Shown here piece after piece: positions 38,934 to 47,962 of a DNA stretch of 64,000 nucleotides (position 1 is its first letter; every line of letters begins with the position of its first letter). The position numbers and the translations under genes were made by a program. This DNA comes from Hyphomicrobiaceae bacterium (GTDB lineage Bacteria; Pseudomonadota; Alphaproteobacteria; Rhizobiales; Hyphomicrobiaceae). The DNA is taken from positions 2,120 to 66,119 of the forward strand of contig JANMGQ010000066.1 of NCBI GenBank assembly GCA_031374735.1, in the 5' to 3' direction. A model generated the notes under the pieces. It was given only the letters and a program-made list of their open reading frames with translations. It was not told where the DNA came from and did not search any database.

Positions 38934-40034
38934 TCAGCGCTGTGGGGGCCGCGTGGCGGGCGGCGGTCCGGTTAGTCCCAGTGAAGGCTGGCCCAAAGAC
39001 GGTTGGCCGAGAGAGGGCTGCGATGCCGACGTGACGCCAGACGGCGGCGCGATGGTCGAGGCTGACGGTGGCGCCGTTCCATGCTGTGGCAAGTCGAGAC
39101 GTTCGCCATTCGAGCAGACCCGCGTCGGCGCCGCATCGCCGCGCCGGCCGAGCCCCATGGGCTGCTCGACGGACTGCCGGGGAACCGCAAACATCTTGCG
39201 CCACGTCGCGACAAGCCCTTTGGACTTTTCGCGCGCATCCTTGGGCGAGCTGCAGAAGATGTTCTGATAGATGTCCTCGATCCAGATGCGGTCAGATGAC
39301 GAAGCCGATTCGACCGCCATCTTGATCAGGCCGAGCGCCTGCGCATGGTCCTGCTTGATGTATTTGCCGCGCGCCATCAGGTCAGCCAGCACCGCCTGCG
39401 CACCGGGATGACCTTCCTTGGCGAGCTTCTGCAGATAATGCAGGCCCGTCGGGCGATCGATGTCGCTGGGTATGAACATTTTCGCCAGCTCGAACTGCGC
39501 GTCTGGTTCGTTGAAGAACGTCGCCGCGTGGCGCAGATACTCGACCGCGCGTTGTTCGTCGGGGCGCAGGGCGATCTCGGGCAACCCGTCGCGCACATAC
39601 AAGGCAACGGCTGTCAGCGCCTTGGCGACGAACGGGGCCTTCTTGAGGTCATCAGGGTCGATGTCGGCATTCTCGTCGGCGAGCTTCTGGAAGAACATGT
39701 ACGCCTTCGAGTGGTCCGTCTGCGTGCTGGAGTTGTCGGCCAGCATGCGGCCCAGATAGAACTCGGCAAAGAAGCCTTGCTGCGTATCCTTCTTGGCGAT
39801 CACATACTCGAACGCGGGGATCGCGATCTCGTAGAAGCCCGAGCGGTAGGCGCCAAGACCCTGCTCGAACGCATCGCGCGTGCTTTTGTATGTGAGGTCG
39901 CGCGCCGCTGCTGATGTCACGAGACCGGCCAATGGCGCTTGCAGCCATGCCGACACGATCGCGGGCGCGACGTTGCCTCCGGCGAGCAGCAGAGCGGTTA
40001 GCGCGATGCGCTTAGATGTTCGCGTGGCAAACAC
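38934..40034 (-). CDS. Sel1/TPR-repeat periplasmic protein with C-terminal PSLGQ tandem repeats
   Basis: Several Sel1-like repeats (A..YL..AA..G...AQ..LA.M); GTG at 40034 puts a signal peptide (TSKRIALTALLLAGG) at the N-terminus; the track ORF extends to 40163. Confidence 0.7.
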   Translation of the reverse strand: MFATRTSKRIALTALLLAGGNVAPAIVSAWLQAPLAGLVTSAAARDLTYKSTRDAFEQGLGAYRSGFYEIAIPAFEYVIAKKDTQQGFFAEFYLGRMLADNSSTQTDHSKAYMFFQKLADENADIDPDDLKKAPFVAKALTAVALYVRDGLPEIALRPDEQRAVEYLRHAATFFNEPDAQFELAKMFIPSDIDRPTGLHYLQKLAKEGHPGAQAVLADLMARGKYIKQDHAQALGLIKMAVESASSSDRIWIEDIYQNIFCSSPKDAREKSKGLVATWRKMFAVPRQSVEQPMGLGRRGDAAPTRVCSNGERLDLPQHGTAPPSASTIAPPSGVTSASQPSLGQPSLGQPSLGLTGPPPATRPPQR

Positions 40035-40566
40035 GGTCGGCCTTTCCACCAACTTGAACAATCGCGCCGTCGATGGCGGGTTCAGGCTGGTCAGGATACT
40101 TGCGCACAGCGCCAGTGATGTGGAGGATATCGAGAGCAGGCGCGGCTTTGGGCCGGCGTTCACGCTCGAGGTTTGTTGGGTCTAGATTTGTTGGGGCCCG
40201 GGTTTGCGGGCCAGAATCCCACAAGCTTGGGGCGGCCTCGCTCGAACGCATCCGGTACGACGCGTACGCTTGGGCGCGATCACCGAACGCGCGGCGACAG
40301 GTGATTGCCTGTCGCACAGGACCACTCAGGGTCGGACAACTCATTGTGGCCACCTTGACGATGGCCCCCACGGGTGCGCGCTGGCTTCTGCAGCTAACGG
40401 CACCGCCCAAAGTATATATAGGAGCGGAATCGACTGCGGCAAGCTGCTGATTTTTATCCAACTTCACATCTTTGAGATGGGCGCAGAGACGGGCCTCGAT
40501 ACGGGCAACTGTCACGTGCCGGGCGGTCGCGATTTGCATGGGCTGGGGCATTATGGCTTGGAGCAT
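40012..40566 (-). CDS. Hypothetical ORF (weak)
   Basis: Only long ORF in this stretch; mixed codon bias, no recognised motif; overlaps the Sel1 gene start by 23 nt. Confidence 0.2.
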   Translation of the reverse strand: MLQAIMPQPMQIATARHVTVARIEARLCAHLKDVKLDKNQQLAAVDSAPIYTLGGAVSCRSQRAPVGAIVKVATMSCPTLSGPVRQAITCRRAFGDRAQAYASYRMRSSEAAPSLWDSGPQTRAPTNLDPTNLERERRPKAAPALDILHITGAVRKYPDQPEPAIDGAIVQVGGKADRVCHANI

Positions 40567-40843
40567 GGCGGGTCCGGGCAGCGCGACTGCGGTTCTCAAA
40601 GCACACACCACGCTGCCGCTTGGCTGCGGCTGCTCAATAGGTCTTGCTTGTGGATGGGCAACACACACGTTACCTGGCCGGTTGGATCCGGCAACCCGTC
40701 GCGTTCTTTCCCCCTCCTCCGGTCAGTTAAGCCGTTCATTCGTCGCGCCAACGTCTTCGGGCCGGTTTATGGCTCAAAGGTGGCGCCCAGTCCGCAGTTC
40801 GTTGCTGGTTCGCAACACGCGCACAGCCGTCGACGGCGCGCGT

Positions 40844-41146
40844 TCATCTTAAGCGATACCCGATCGCATCTGAACGGTCTTTGCTGGTGAAGGCACGCCT
40901 GATGACGACGCTGACGCCAGCGATGATCGCGGGCAAAGCAAACGCCAGTGCGACCGTGAGAGCTTCGGCGACCCAGGCGCTGGGCCATGACGTGGACCAG
41001 CCTGCTGCGCTGGCGGACAGGTCCAGCCCTGCAGATGCAGCGGATGGATGGATCAGGATGCCCAACACCACCAACGCTGCGAACCTTTCTGGCACGGGGT
41101 TGCCAAGGGCAAACGCATACCGATCTGGCGGACGCAACAGACGCAT
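40844..41146 (-). CDS. Small hypothetical membrane protein (2 TM)
   Basis: 100-aa ORF from MRLLRPPDRY with two hydrophobic segments and G/C-rich third positions. Confidence 0.35.
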   Translation of the reverse strand: MRLLRPPDRYAFALGNPVPERFAALVVLGILIHPSAASAGLDLSASAAGWSTSWPSAWVAEALTVALAFALPAIIAGVSVVIRRAFTSKDRSDAIGYRLR

Positions 41147-41390
41147 AACACCTCCCGCGGGTCGGTTGAGCCAACGCTCCGGCCCGCACGAGCGACCCAA
41201 AGCCCGATGCCCGGGGCCGCATGTCCGCGTGTTAAAGGTTCAAGACGACGGCCTAAGGGCGTGATCGCGGCCGGATGGGGGCAATCTGCGTTCTTGATCG
41301 AGGTGGGCCTTCAACGGCGTCTGTGGCACAAGCAAGAGCCAATGTTTCGGCTCGGGCTGATCCGCGCTTGGATGCTTTTAGGAAGGTTTC

Positions 41391-42812
41391 ATGTTGCCGC
41401 GTCGCTTTGATTTGAACGCTGCGTTGATCGGCGCACTCTCGATTTTCACCCTCGTGCATTTGATCTGGATCCTTTTCCGGCTGCCTCTGCCTCTGCAGAT
41501 TGATCCCAACGAGGCCTGGAATGCCTGGCACGCCGCATCGGCCATGGGCACGTCAGCCGGAGGGGCACGTCCACTCTATCCGAGCGGCAACGAGCTGATC
41601 TTGAACAACTACCCGCCGCTGTCGTTCTACATTGTCGGCGTGCTCGGGAGTTTGATCGGCGATAACATTCTCGCTGGCCGCATCTTATCGCTGCTGTCGA
41701 CGATCGCCATTGGCGGCTGCGTCGCCATCCTGATCGTCCGGCTCGGCGGGGCTCCCCTTGGAGCGGTCCTTGGCGCTCTGTTCTGGCTCAGCTCCATGTT
41801 TCGGTTTGCCGCCGATTACGTGGGGGCGAACGATCCCGCATTGCTGGGTCTAGCCGTGATGATGACAGGGCTGACCTGGTACGTGGCGCAGGTCGAACGC
41901 GATCGATCGATCCTTCTGCCGCTGGTGCTCATAGTGTGCGCCGGCTTCATCAAACACAACCTGATCGTGTTGCCGTTGGCAGCTTTCTATTGGCATGCCA
42001 GCCGGCGCGGCATTCTGCCCGCAGCGCGTGCCGCCTTTGGCGGAGGCGTGCTCGCCGCCATGATGTTGTGGGCCTGCCACGTGCTCTACGGCGCCGACTT
42101 CATCGCGAACCTCACCCTGCCACGCGAGATCCGCCTGATGCGCGTCGTGGAGCACCTCAACCGGCTGCAATTCATTGCAGCCGGCGTCGTGGTCTGGGGC
42201 GTCTGGGCCCAGGCGCGCCCGCGCGGTCCGGCAGTCGCATTCACCGCGGTGTGGTTGGCCCTCGGCTTCGCTTCCTATGGCCTGCAGAAAATGTCGCCCG
42301 GCGTCGGCATCAATGCCCTGTTCGAGATGTGGATCGGCGCGGCCGTCGGTTTCGGGCTTGCGGTTCCGGTTCTTGTCCAGCGCGCGGTGACCGAAGGTCT
42401 TGGGGCGAGGGTGGCGCTGGCTTTGATATCGGCCGCGGTGCTGGCGCGACTGCTTGCCGATCCCAACGTCGAACCCTACCGCGTCGGATCGGCCGCGTTT
42501 CGCAATCAGATCCGTGAGCGCGTTGTCGCAATGGCCGACGAAATTGAGGTGGTGCGTCGTATCACGACCCCGGTGATGTGCTCTGTTCCAACCGTTTGCT
42601 ATCGCGCGGGGAAGCCCTTCATCTACGATAACTATGCGACCACGACGCGGCTTAAGACGGGGCACCTCTCGATTGCGCGTTTGGCTGAGTTACTTGCACC
42701 CATGCAGCTGCTTGTCCGCTACAACGACCCAAAAGTGACGTGGAGCCGAAGCACGAGGCCGGCCGGAACCGTCGGCGTAACGCTTCCGCTCGGCCCTCCC
42801 AAATCACGCTGA
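41391..42812 (+). CDS. Polytopic membrane protein, GT-C-like (ArnT/PMT/DUF2029-type glycosyltransferase architecture, putative)
   Basis: 473 aa with about 10-12 TM helices, an early extracytoplasmic loop with acidic/aromatic residues (IDPNEAWNAWH) and a C-terminal soluble tail; architecture-level call only. Confidence 0.5.
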   Translation: MLPRRFDLNAALIGALSIFTLVHLIWILFRLPLPLQIDPNEAWNAWHAASAMGTSAGGARPLYPSGNELILNNYPPLSFYIVGVLGSLIGDNILAGRILSLLSTIAIGGCVAILIVRLGGAPLGAVLGALFWLSSMFRFAADYVGANDPALLGLAVMMTGLTWYVAQVERDRSILLPLVLIVCAGFIKHNLIVLPLAAFYWHASRRGILPAARAAFGGGVLAAMMLWACHVLYGADFIANLTLPREIRLMRVVEHLNRLQFIAAGVVVWGVWAQARPRGPAVAFTAVWLALGFASYGLQKMSPGVGINALFEMWIGAAVGFGLAVPVLVQRAVTEGLGARVALALISAAVLARLLADPNVEPYRVGSAAFRNQIRERVVAMADEIEVVRRITTPVMCSVPTVCYRAGKPFIYDNYATTTRLKTGHLSIARLAELLAPMQLLVRYNDPKVTWSRSTRPAGTVGVTLPLGPPKSR

Positions 42813-43008
42813 CGCAGCGTCTCGTGCAACATCGTGAACAATGTTTCGAGGCGCTGTGCCATTGTGATGCGATCGCCGCCGAATGGCCGCGCCTTTGCCT
42901 AGATCTGGTCACGATCCGGGCCGACAACGCGAGCACTGTTTCGCTGGTCCTGCGGTGAAGCGCCTCCGACCTACCACAGTCGGGCATCCCCAAGGGACCA
43001 CAGGATTA

Positions 43009-43218
43009 CCACCGATCGGGTCCTCCCCCCGCATCGGTGGGGGGCGGCGGCTCTACTCCAAGGCTCTCGAAACAGAGCTGTGTCGCCGCCCAAAACGACC
43101 CGTTGCCGGAAGATGCGGCGCTCCCGCACCGCCACACACCTCCCTCCCCGACGCGAGGGTGTCGCCCCTTCCGGCAACGGACTTTCTTTATTGCGTGTGG
43201 CGACTCCCCTGCGGGGAG
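43009..43218. other. Cluster of long GC-rich stem-loops (candidate structured RNA or decayed repeat element)
   Basis: CCACCGAT/ATCGGTGG (43009-43040); GGGCGGCG/CGCCGCCC enclosing GCTCT/AGAGC (43042-43091); 13-bp stem CCGTTGCCGGAAG/CTTCCGGCAACGG (43100-43180); CTCCCC/GGGGAG (43204-43218). Confidence 0.3.
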
Positions 43219-43237
43219 CCGGCCGCCTCACGCGGAG

Positions 43238-43267
43238 CCCCCCTCAACCCAGCCCCCCTCAACCCAG
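43238..43267. repeat. Perfect 15-bp tandem duplication (x2) spanning the truB stop codon
   Basis: CCCCCCTCAACCCAG CCCCCCTCAACCCAG; the second unit contains the last two codons and TGA of truB on the minus strand. Confidence 0.85.
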
Positions 43268-44242
43268 ATTGAAAATCCGCGTCGGATGCAGTTGGCCTTT
43301 GTCCAGCTCGCCGAGCGCAATCAAAACGCCCTTGCACATCGCGTAGGCCATGCCGCTGTCGATGGGCGCATCACGGCCGCGGATGATCAGTGACTTGCCG
43401 CGCGCCAGTACCTGCGCGTCTGATGGTGTCACCACCAGCCCGATGATCTCCTCGAGCGCCGTCTCGACCGGCTCCAGATACTTGCTGACAGCGTCGATAT
43501 CGACCGGCAGCGGCGGTGGGCGATCTTTCGGGTCAACATTCGGGTCGCGCGGGGGCAGCTCGACTGTGCCGAAGGCTGCGAGACGGAGTGTGTCCATCGT
43601 CACAGCGCGTTCTTCCGTGAACGGCCCGACCCGCGTGCGGCGCAACACCGTGACATGGCCATAGCAACCGAGCAGGCGGCCGAGATCGCGCGCGATGGCG
43701 CGCACGTATGTGCCCTTGCCGCAATCGGCTTCGAACACAGTCGTGTTGGCGTCCGGCATCTCGGCGATGCGCAAGGCGTGCACGTTCACGGTGCGTGCCG
43801 CGATCTCCACTGTTTCTCCGGCCCGCGCGAGATCATAGGCCCGCTCACCACCGATCTTGATGGCGGAGAACTGCGGCGGCGTCTGCTGGATGGCGCCGAT
43901 AAATTGCGGCAGCAGCGCCTCGATTGCAGCGCGTGTCGGACGGCTCTCGCTCGATTTGGTTACCGGCCCCTCGACATCGTCGGTGGTCGTCTCAGCGCCC
44001 CAGGCGACAGTGAACCGATAGGCCTTGTCGCCATCGACGGCGAACGGCACGGTTTTCGTAGCCTCTCCAAGCGCGATCGGCAGAAGGCCGGTTGCGAGCG
44101 GGTCGAGCGTACCCGCATGGCCGGCCTTTTGGGCGTCGAACGCGCGACGGACGGCGCCAACGGCCTGCGTCGACGTCATCCCGTGCGGTTTGTCCAGGAT
44201 CACCCAGCCGTTGACGACATTGCCCTTCTTGCGGCGGCCCAT
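43259..44242 (-). CDS. truB: tRNA pseudouridine(55) synthase
   Basis: GWVILDKPHGMTS, HAGTLDPLATGLLPIALGEATK (catalytic Asp), PPQFSAIK motifs; start at MGRRKKG. Confidence 0.9.
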   Translation of the reverse strand: MGRRKKGNVVNGWVILDKPHGMTSTQAVGAVRRAFDAQKAGHAGTLDPLATGLLPIALGEATKTVPFAVDGDKAYRFTVAWGAETTTDDVEGPVTKSSESRPTRAAIEALLPQFIGAIQQTPPQFSAIKIGGERAYDLARAGETVEIAARTVNVHALRIAEMPDANTTVFEADCGKGTYVRAIARDLGRLLGCYGHVTVLRRTRVGPFTEERAVTMDTLRLAAFGTVELPPRDPNVDPKDRPPPLPVDIDAVSKYLEPVETALEEIIGLVVTPSDAQVLARGKSLIIRGRDAPIDSGMAYAMCKGVLIALGELDKGQLHPTRIFNLG

Positions 44243-44507
44243 GGCAGACTTTTCTTGGGTTCGATTGTGACGTCGGAGCGCTGCCGTCGGCAGGCGCGGG
44301 TTGGCGTTACAGCCCGTCCGGTCACATGCGTCTTCAGCGGATTTCATGGCCGCAAACAGCGGCACATCGGCGGCTGCTTACGGAGACCCTGCGGCAATGG
44401 CAAGGGCGGGACATGGCTGGACGGTGGTTTTTTCTTGCTTTTCAGAGCCTCGCCACACATGACGGCGGGCGCCCATCGGGGCGTATTTGTTGCCATATCG
44501 AGCCGTC

Positions 44508-45428
44508 ATGTCCGCCACCAAGACCAAATCCCGCCCAGCCGCCAGCCGCTCCAAAGCCACCGCGGAACGCATCTGCTTTCAGGGCGAGAACGGTGCGAAC
44601 TCGCACATTGCCTGCCAGGAGATGTTTCCCAAGCTTGAGCCGATGCCATGCGCGACCTTTGAGGATGCCCTCGCCGCCGTGAAGTCGGGCGAAGCGCGTT
44701 ACGGCATGATCCCGATTGAAAACACCATCGCAGGCCGCGTCGCCGACGTGCACCGGCTTATTCCGTCCTCGCAGCTCTACATTGTCGGCGAACACTTCCT
44801 GCCCATTCGCTTCCAGCTGATGGGACTCAAGAGTTCGACGCTGTCGGGCATCAAGGATGTCTACAGCCACGTGCACGCGATCGGGCAGTGCCGCAAGTTC
44901 ATGCGCGAGCATGGCATGAGCGCGCATGTGACCGGCGATACGGCCGGCGCCGCGCGCGAGGTCGCCGAGTGGAATGATCCCAGCAAAGGTGCGCTTGCGC
45001 CGCGTCTGGCAGCCGAAATCTATGGCCTCAAGATCCTCGCCGAGAACGTCGAGGATTCTGCCCACAACACGACGCGCTTCGTGGTGCTCTCGCGTGAGCC
45101 GGAAGATGCGCCCGCCGGCCAGGGGCCGAACATGACGACGCTGGTGTTCCGCGTCCGCAACGTTCCCGCCGCGCTCTATAAAGGCCTCGGCGGCGTTGCC
45201 ACCAATGGCGACAACATGACCAAGCTTGAGTCTTACATGAGCGACGGCTCGTTCACGGCGACGACGTTTTACGCCGACATCGACGGCCACCCGCAGGACG
45301 CCAACGTCGCGCGCGCGCTGGAGGAACTGCAGTTCTTCTCAAGCGAATTGCGCGTACTCGGCGTTTACCCTGCCAGCCGCTTCCGCCCCATTGTGACCGA
45401 GAACGGCAAAGGCGTCGCGCGGCGGTGA
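44508..45428 (+). CDS. pheA: Prephenate dehydratase
   Basis: ICFQGENGANSH, IPIENTIAGRV, NTTRFVVL (TRF motif), ACT-like C-terminal region. Confidence 0.9.
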   Translation: MSATKTKSRPAASRSKATAERICFQGENGANSHIACQEMFPKLEPMPCATFEDALAAVKSGEARYGMIPIENTIAGRVADVHRLIPSSQLYIVGEHFLPIRFQLMGLKSSTLSGIKDVYSHVHAIGQCRKFMREHGMSAHVTGDTAGAAREVAEWNDPSKGALAPRLAAEIYGLKILAENVEDSAHNTTRFVVLSREPEDAPAGQGPNMTTLVFRVRNVPAALYKGLGGVATNGDNMTKLESYMSDGSFTATTFYADIDGHPQDANVARALEELQFFSSELRVLGVYPASRFRPIVTENGKGVARR

Positions 45429-45456
45429 TCGCCCCGTGGCTGACCCGGGAGTGTCC

Positions 45457-45948
45457 TCAGGGCGCAACTCGGGCGACAGGGTTGTCTTGCGTCTCGCTCA
45501 TCCGCAGGGCGCGTGCATCGAGCTTGCCCAGGGCGCGCAGAAGTACACCGCGTTCGGTGACAGTGAGCGCTGCCAGCAGCTGTGTTTCCCACGACTGCGC
45601 GAGGGTCGCTATTTCGCGATAGACACGCTCGCCTTCGATGGTCAGCGTGATGGCCACCTCGCGGCGATCGGCGCGACAGGTTTTACGCGACACAAGCCGG
45701 CGTGACTTCAGGCGCTGCAGCGCGCGCGTCACTTTCGGCTTGTCGAGGGTCGAGTGCTCTGCAAGTGCCCCGGCTGTCAGAACGCCAAAGCGACCGAGAT
45801 TGGCGAGGATGCGCCACTCCGCGATGCTAATACCGAAACGGTCTTCGTAAACGGCACTCAAGCCACGCGACACCGCCCCAGCCGTCACAGCCAGACGGTA
45901 GGGGACAAACTTATCGAGTGCGAGGGCGGATGACAGGGCGGACGACAT
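45457..45948 (-). CDS. MarR family transcriptional regulator
   Basis: Winged-helix pattern [45 protein letters not shown]; divergent from hmgA. Confidence 0.8.
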   Translation of the reverse strand: MSSALSSALALDKFVPYRLAVTAGAVSRGLSAVYEDRFGISIAEWRILANLGRFGVLTAGALAEHSTLDKPKVTRALQRLKSRRLVSRKTCRADRREVAITLTIEGERVYREIATLAQSWETQLLAALTVTERGVLLRALGKLDARALRMSETQDNPVARVAP

Positions 45949-45969
45949 GCGGCGGTGGTTCGCCTCTTG

Positions 45970-45983
45970 ATTTGATTTCAAAT
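45970..45983. promoter_or_regulatory. AT-rich perfect inverted repeat in the marR-hmgA divergent region (candidate MarR operator)
   Basis: ATTTGA-TT-TCAAAT, conspicuous in GC-rich DNA, between the divergent starts at 45948 and 46041. Confidence 0.3.
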
Positions 45984-46040
45984 GAAACTATCGTGCTGTG
46001 CACGCTCGTCAAGTCTCATATCGTCACCGGGAGCAGTGGC

Positions 46041-47396
46041 ATGGCCCAAGATGCACATCCGCAATTCCAGCACGCACAGACTCCGTCTGCGACTGGCGCG
46101 GCGCTGAACTATCAATCGGGCTTTGGGAACAGTTTTGAGACTGAGGCGCTGCCGGGCGCACTCCCCGTTGGCCGCAACAGTCCGCAACGTGCTGCTTACG
46201 GCCTCTACGCCGAGCAGCTCTCCGGCTCACCGTTTACCGCGCCGCGCGCCAGCAACGAGCGCTCGTGGCTGTATCGTATTCGCCCGTCCGTGCTGCATTC
46301 CGGCCGCTTCACCAAGGCTGACGCGCGCGGCTGGCGCACGGCACCGCTCGTCGAGGTCGAGGTGCCGATCACGCAGATGCGCTGGTCGCCGCTGCCCTAC
46401 CCAAAGACGCCGACCTCTTTCATCGAGGGCATCGTAACGATGACGACGTGCGGTGACGCCGGCACGCAAACGGGGATGGCGGCGCACATCTATCACGCCA
46501 CCCGCTCCATGACGGGCGAGGTGTTCTGGAATGCCGACGGGGAGTTACTGATTGTGCTGCAGGAGGGGCGCCTCCGCTTTCGTACCGAGTTTGGTATTAT
46601 CGACGCGGAACCGTCGGAGATCGTCATCATCCCGCGCGGCGTGAAGTTCGCCGTTGACCTTCTGGGCGGACCGGCACGCGGCTACATCAGCGAAAACTAT
46701 GGCGGCGCCTTCACTCTTCCAGAGCGCGGACCCATCGGCGCCAATTGCCTCGCCAACGCGCGCGATTTTCTCACGCCCACTGCAGCCTACGAAGACCGCG
46801 ACACGCCGACCAAGCTCACCGTGAAATGGTGCGGCTCGCTTTGGCAGACCAATCTGGGGCATTCACCACTCGATGTGGTCGCTTGGCACGGCAACTATGC
46901 GCCCTACAAATACGATCTGCGACGCTACGCGGCGGTCGGATCGATCTCGTTCGATCACCCGGATCCCTCGATATTCTCTGTGCTGACGGCACCATCGGAG
47001 ACGCCGGGCGCCTCGAACATCGACTTTGTTATCTTCCCCGAACGCTGGGCCGTGGCCGAGAACACGTTTCGTCCGCCCTGGTATCACCGCAACATCATGA
47101 GCGAGTTCATGGGGCTCGTGTACGGCCAGTACGATGCCAAGCCGCACGGTTTCACGCCCGGTGCGGCCAGCCTGCACAACTGCATGCTCTCGCATGGACC
47201 CGACGTGGATGCTTTCGAGCATGCCTCGACGGTCGAGCTGAAGCCGGTGAAGCTCTCGAATACGCTCGCCTTCATGTTTGAGACGCGCTTTCCCCAGCGC
47301 GTGACGCGGTTTGCGGTGGAAACGCCGTCTCTGCAGACGGACTACGCTGATTGCTGGTCGGGACTGAAAAAGAAGTTCGATCCGACCAAGCCGTAA
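46041..47396 (+). CDS. hmgA: Homogentisate 1,2-dioxygenase
   Basis: [46 protein letters not shown] motifs. Confidence 0.95.
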   Translation: MAQDAHPQFQHAQTPSATGAALNYQSGFGNSFETEALPGALPVGRNSPQRAAYGLYAEQLSGSPFTAPRASNERSWLYRIRPSVLHSGRFTKADARGWRTAPLVEVEVPITQMRWSPLPYPKTPTSFIEGIVTMTTCGDAGTQTGMAAHIYHATRSMTGEVFWNADGELLIVLQEGRLRFRTEFGIIDAEPSEIVIIPRGVKFAVDLLGGPARGYISENYGGAFTLPERGPIGANCLANARDFLTPTAAYEDRDTPTKLTVKWCGSLWQTNLGHSPLDVVAWHGNYAPYKYDLRRYAAVGSISFDHPDPSIFSVLTAPSETPGASNIDFVIFPERWAVAENTFRPPWYHRNIMSEFMGLVYGQYDAKPHGFTPGAASLHNCMLSHGPDVDAFEHASTVELKPVKLSNTLAFMFETRFPQRVTRFAVETPSLQTDYADCWSGLKKKFDPTKP

Positions 47397-47424
47397 CGAC
47401 TTCTCGGGAGCCTGCATGACGCAC

Positions 47425-47456
47425 GAACGCCGCGCTGCGGCTGCAGCGCGGCGTTC
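47425..47456. terminator. Bidirectional stem-loop between convergent genes
   Basis: GAACGCCGCGCTGC-GGCT-GCAGCGCGGCGTTC, perfect 14-bp stem. Confidence 0.5.
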
Positions 47457-47471
47457 GGTTCAGGCCATCAT

Positions 47472-47822
47472 TTACCACCAGCCATACCAGCGGCGGTCAC
47501 GGTGGTGGCCGCGGAAGTCGCGATGGTCGCGGTCACGCTTCCACCAGTAGCCGTAGGGGCGGCGCGGTTCGTGATAGACCACCGGCGGCGGCGTGCGCAC
47601 GATCACCGGGGGAACCGGCGGGCGAACAATGACGACGGGTGGCGACACCGGGTGCGAACGAAAACCGGGCGATGTCGGGAGAACGGCAGGGCGGTCCGAG
47701 CCCGCATGCGGGCGATTGCCCGGGTTACCGCGGCCGTCACGCTGGCCGTAGTCGGCAGAGGCGGCGGAAGCCAATGCGATGGTAGACGCCAGCACAAGAC
47801 TGACAGTGCGCAGGATGGTCAT
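47472..47822 (-). CDS. Small secreted Pro-rich protein with Arg/His/Trp-rich C-terminus (function unknown)
   Basis: Signal peptide MTILRTVSLVLASTIALASAASA, PPV repeats (VIVRPPVPPVIVRTPPPVV), tail RRPYGYWWKRDRDHRDFRGHHRDRRWYGWW. Confidence 0.55.
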   Translation of the reverse strand: MTILRTVSLVLASTIALASAASADYGQRDGRGNPGNRPHAGSDRPAVLPTSPGFRSHPVSPPVVIVRPPVPPVIVRTPPPVVYHEPRRPYGYWWKRDRDHRDFRGHHRDRRWYGWW

Positions 47823-47962
47823 TGAAGTGCCCCAGGTTAGGTGTCTCACGTTGGCCGTCACCCCACGGCCAACTCATGACGTGGGATATAGCCGCCGCGG
47901 ATTGAATGCAGCCTGAAGCGTATGCGCAGCATTCGTTCATGTTCGGGGCAACTCAATTGCCG

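Noticed and set aside
42813-43258. Tested whether the structured spacer is tmRNA, RNase P RNA or SRP RNA
   Set aside because: On either strand there is no GGTTCGA-type T-arm/CCA end or ANDN-type tag frame (tmRNA), no GAGGAAAGTCCGGGC, GGTGAAA or ACAGAACCCGGCTTA boxes (RNase P), and no GGAAGCAGCC SRP motif. It is kept only as an unassigned structured region.
43238-43267. Considered a CRISPR or other tandem array
   Set aside because: There are only two adjacent 15-bp units with no spacers. No CRISPR-like repeat-spacer periodicity occurs anywhere in the window.
43655-45290. ORFs 43655-44638 (plus, 327 aa) and 44442-45290 (minus, 282 aa)
   Set aside because: Antisense to truB and pheA respectively; Arg/Ala/Gly/His-rich with no motifs.
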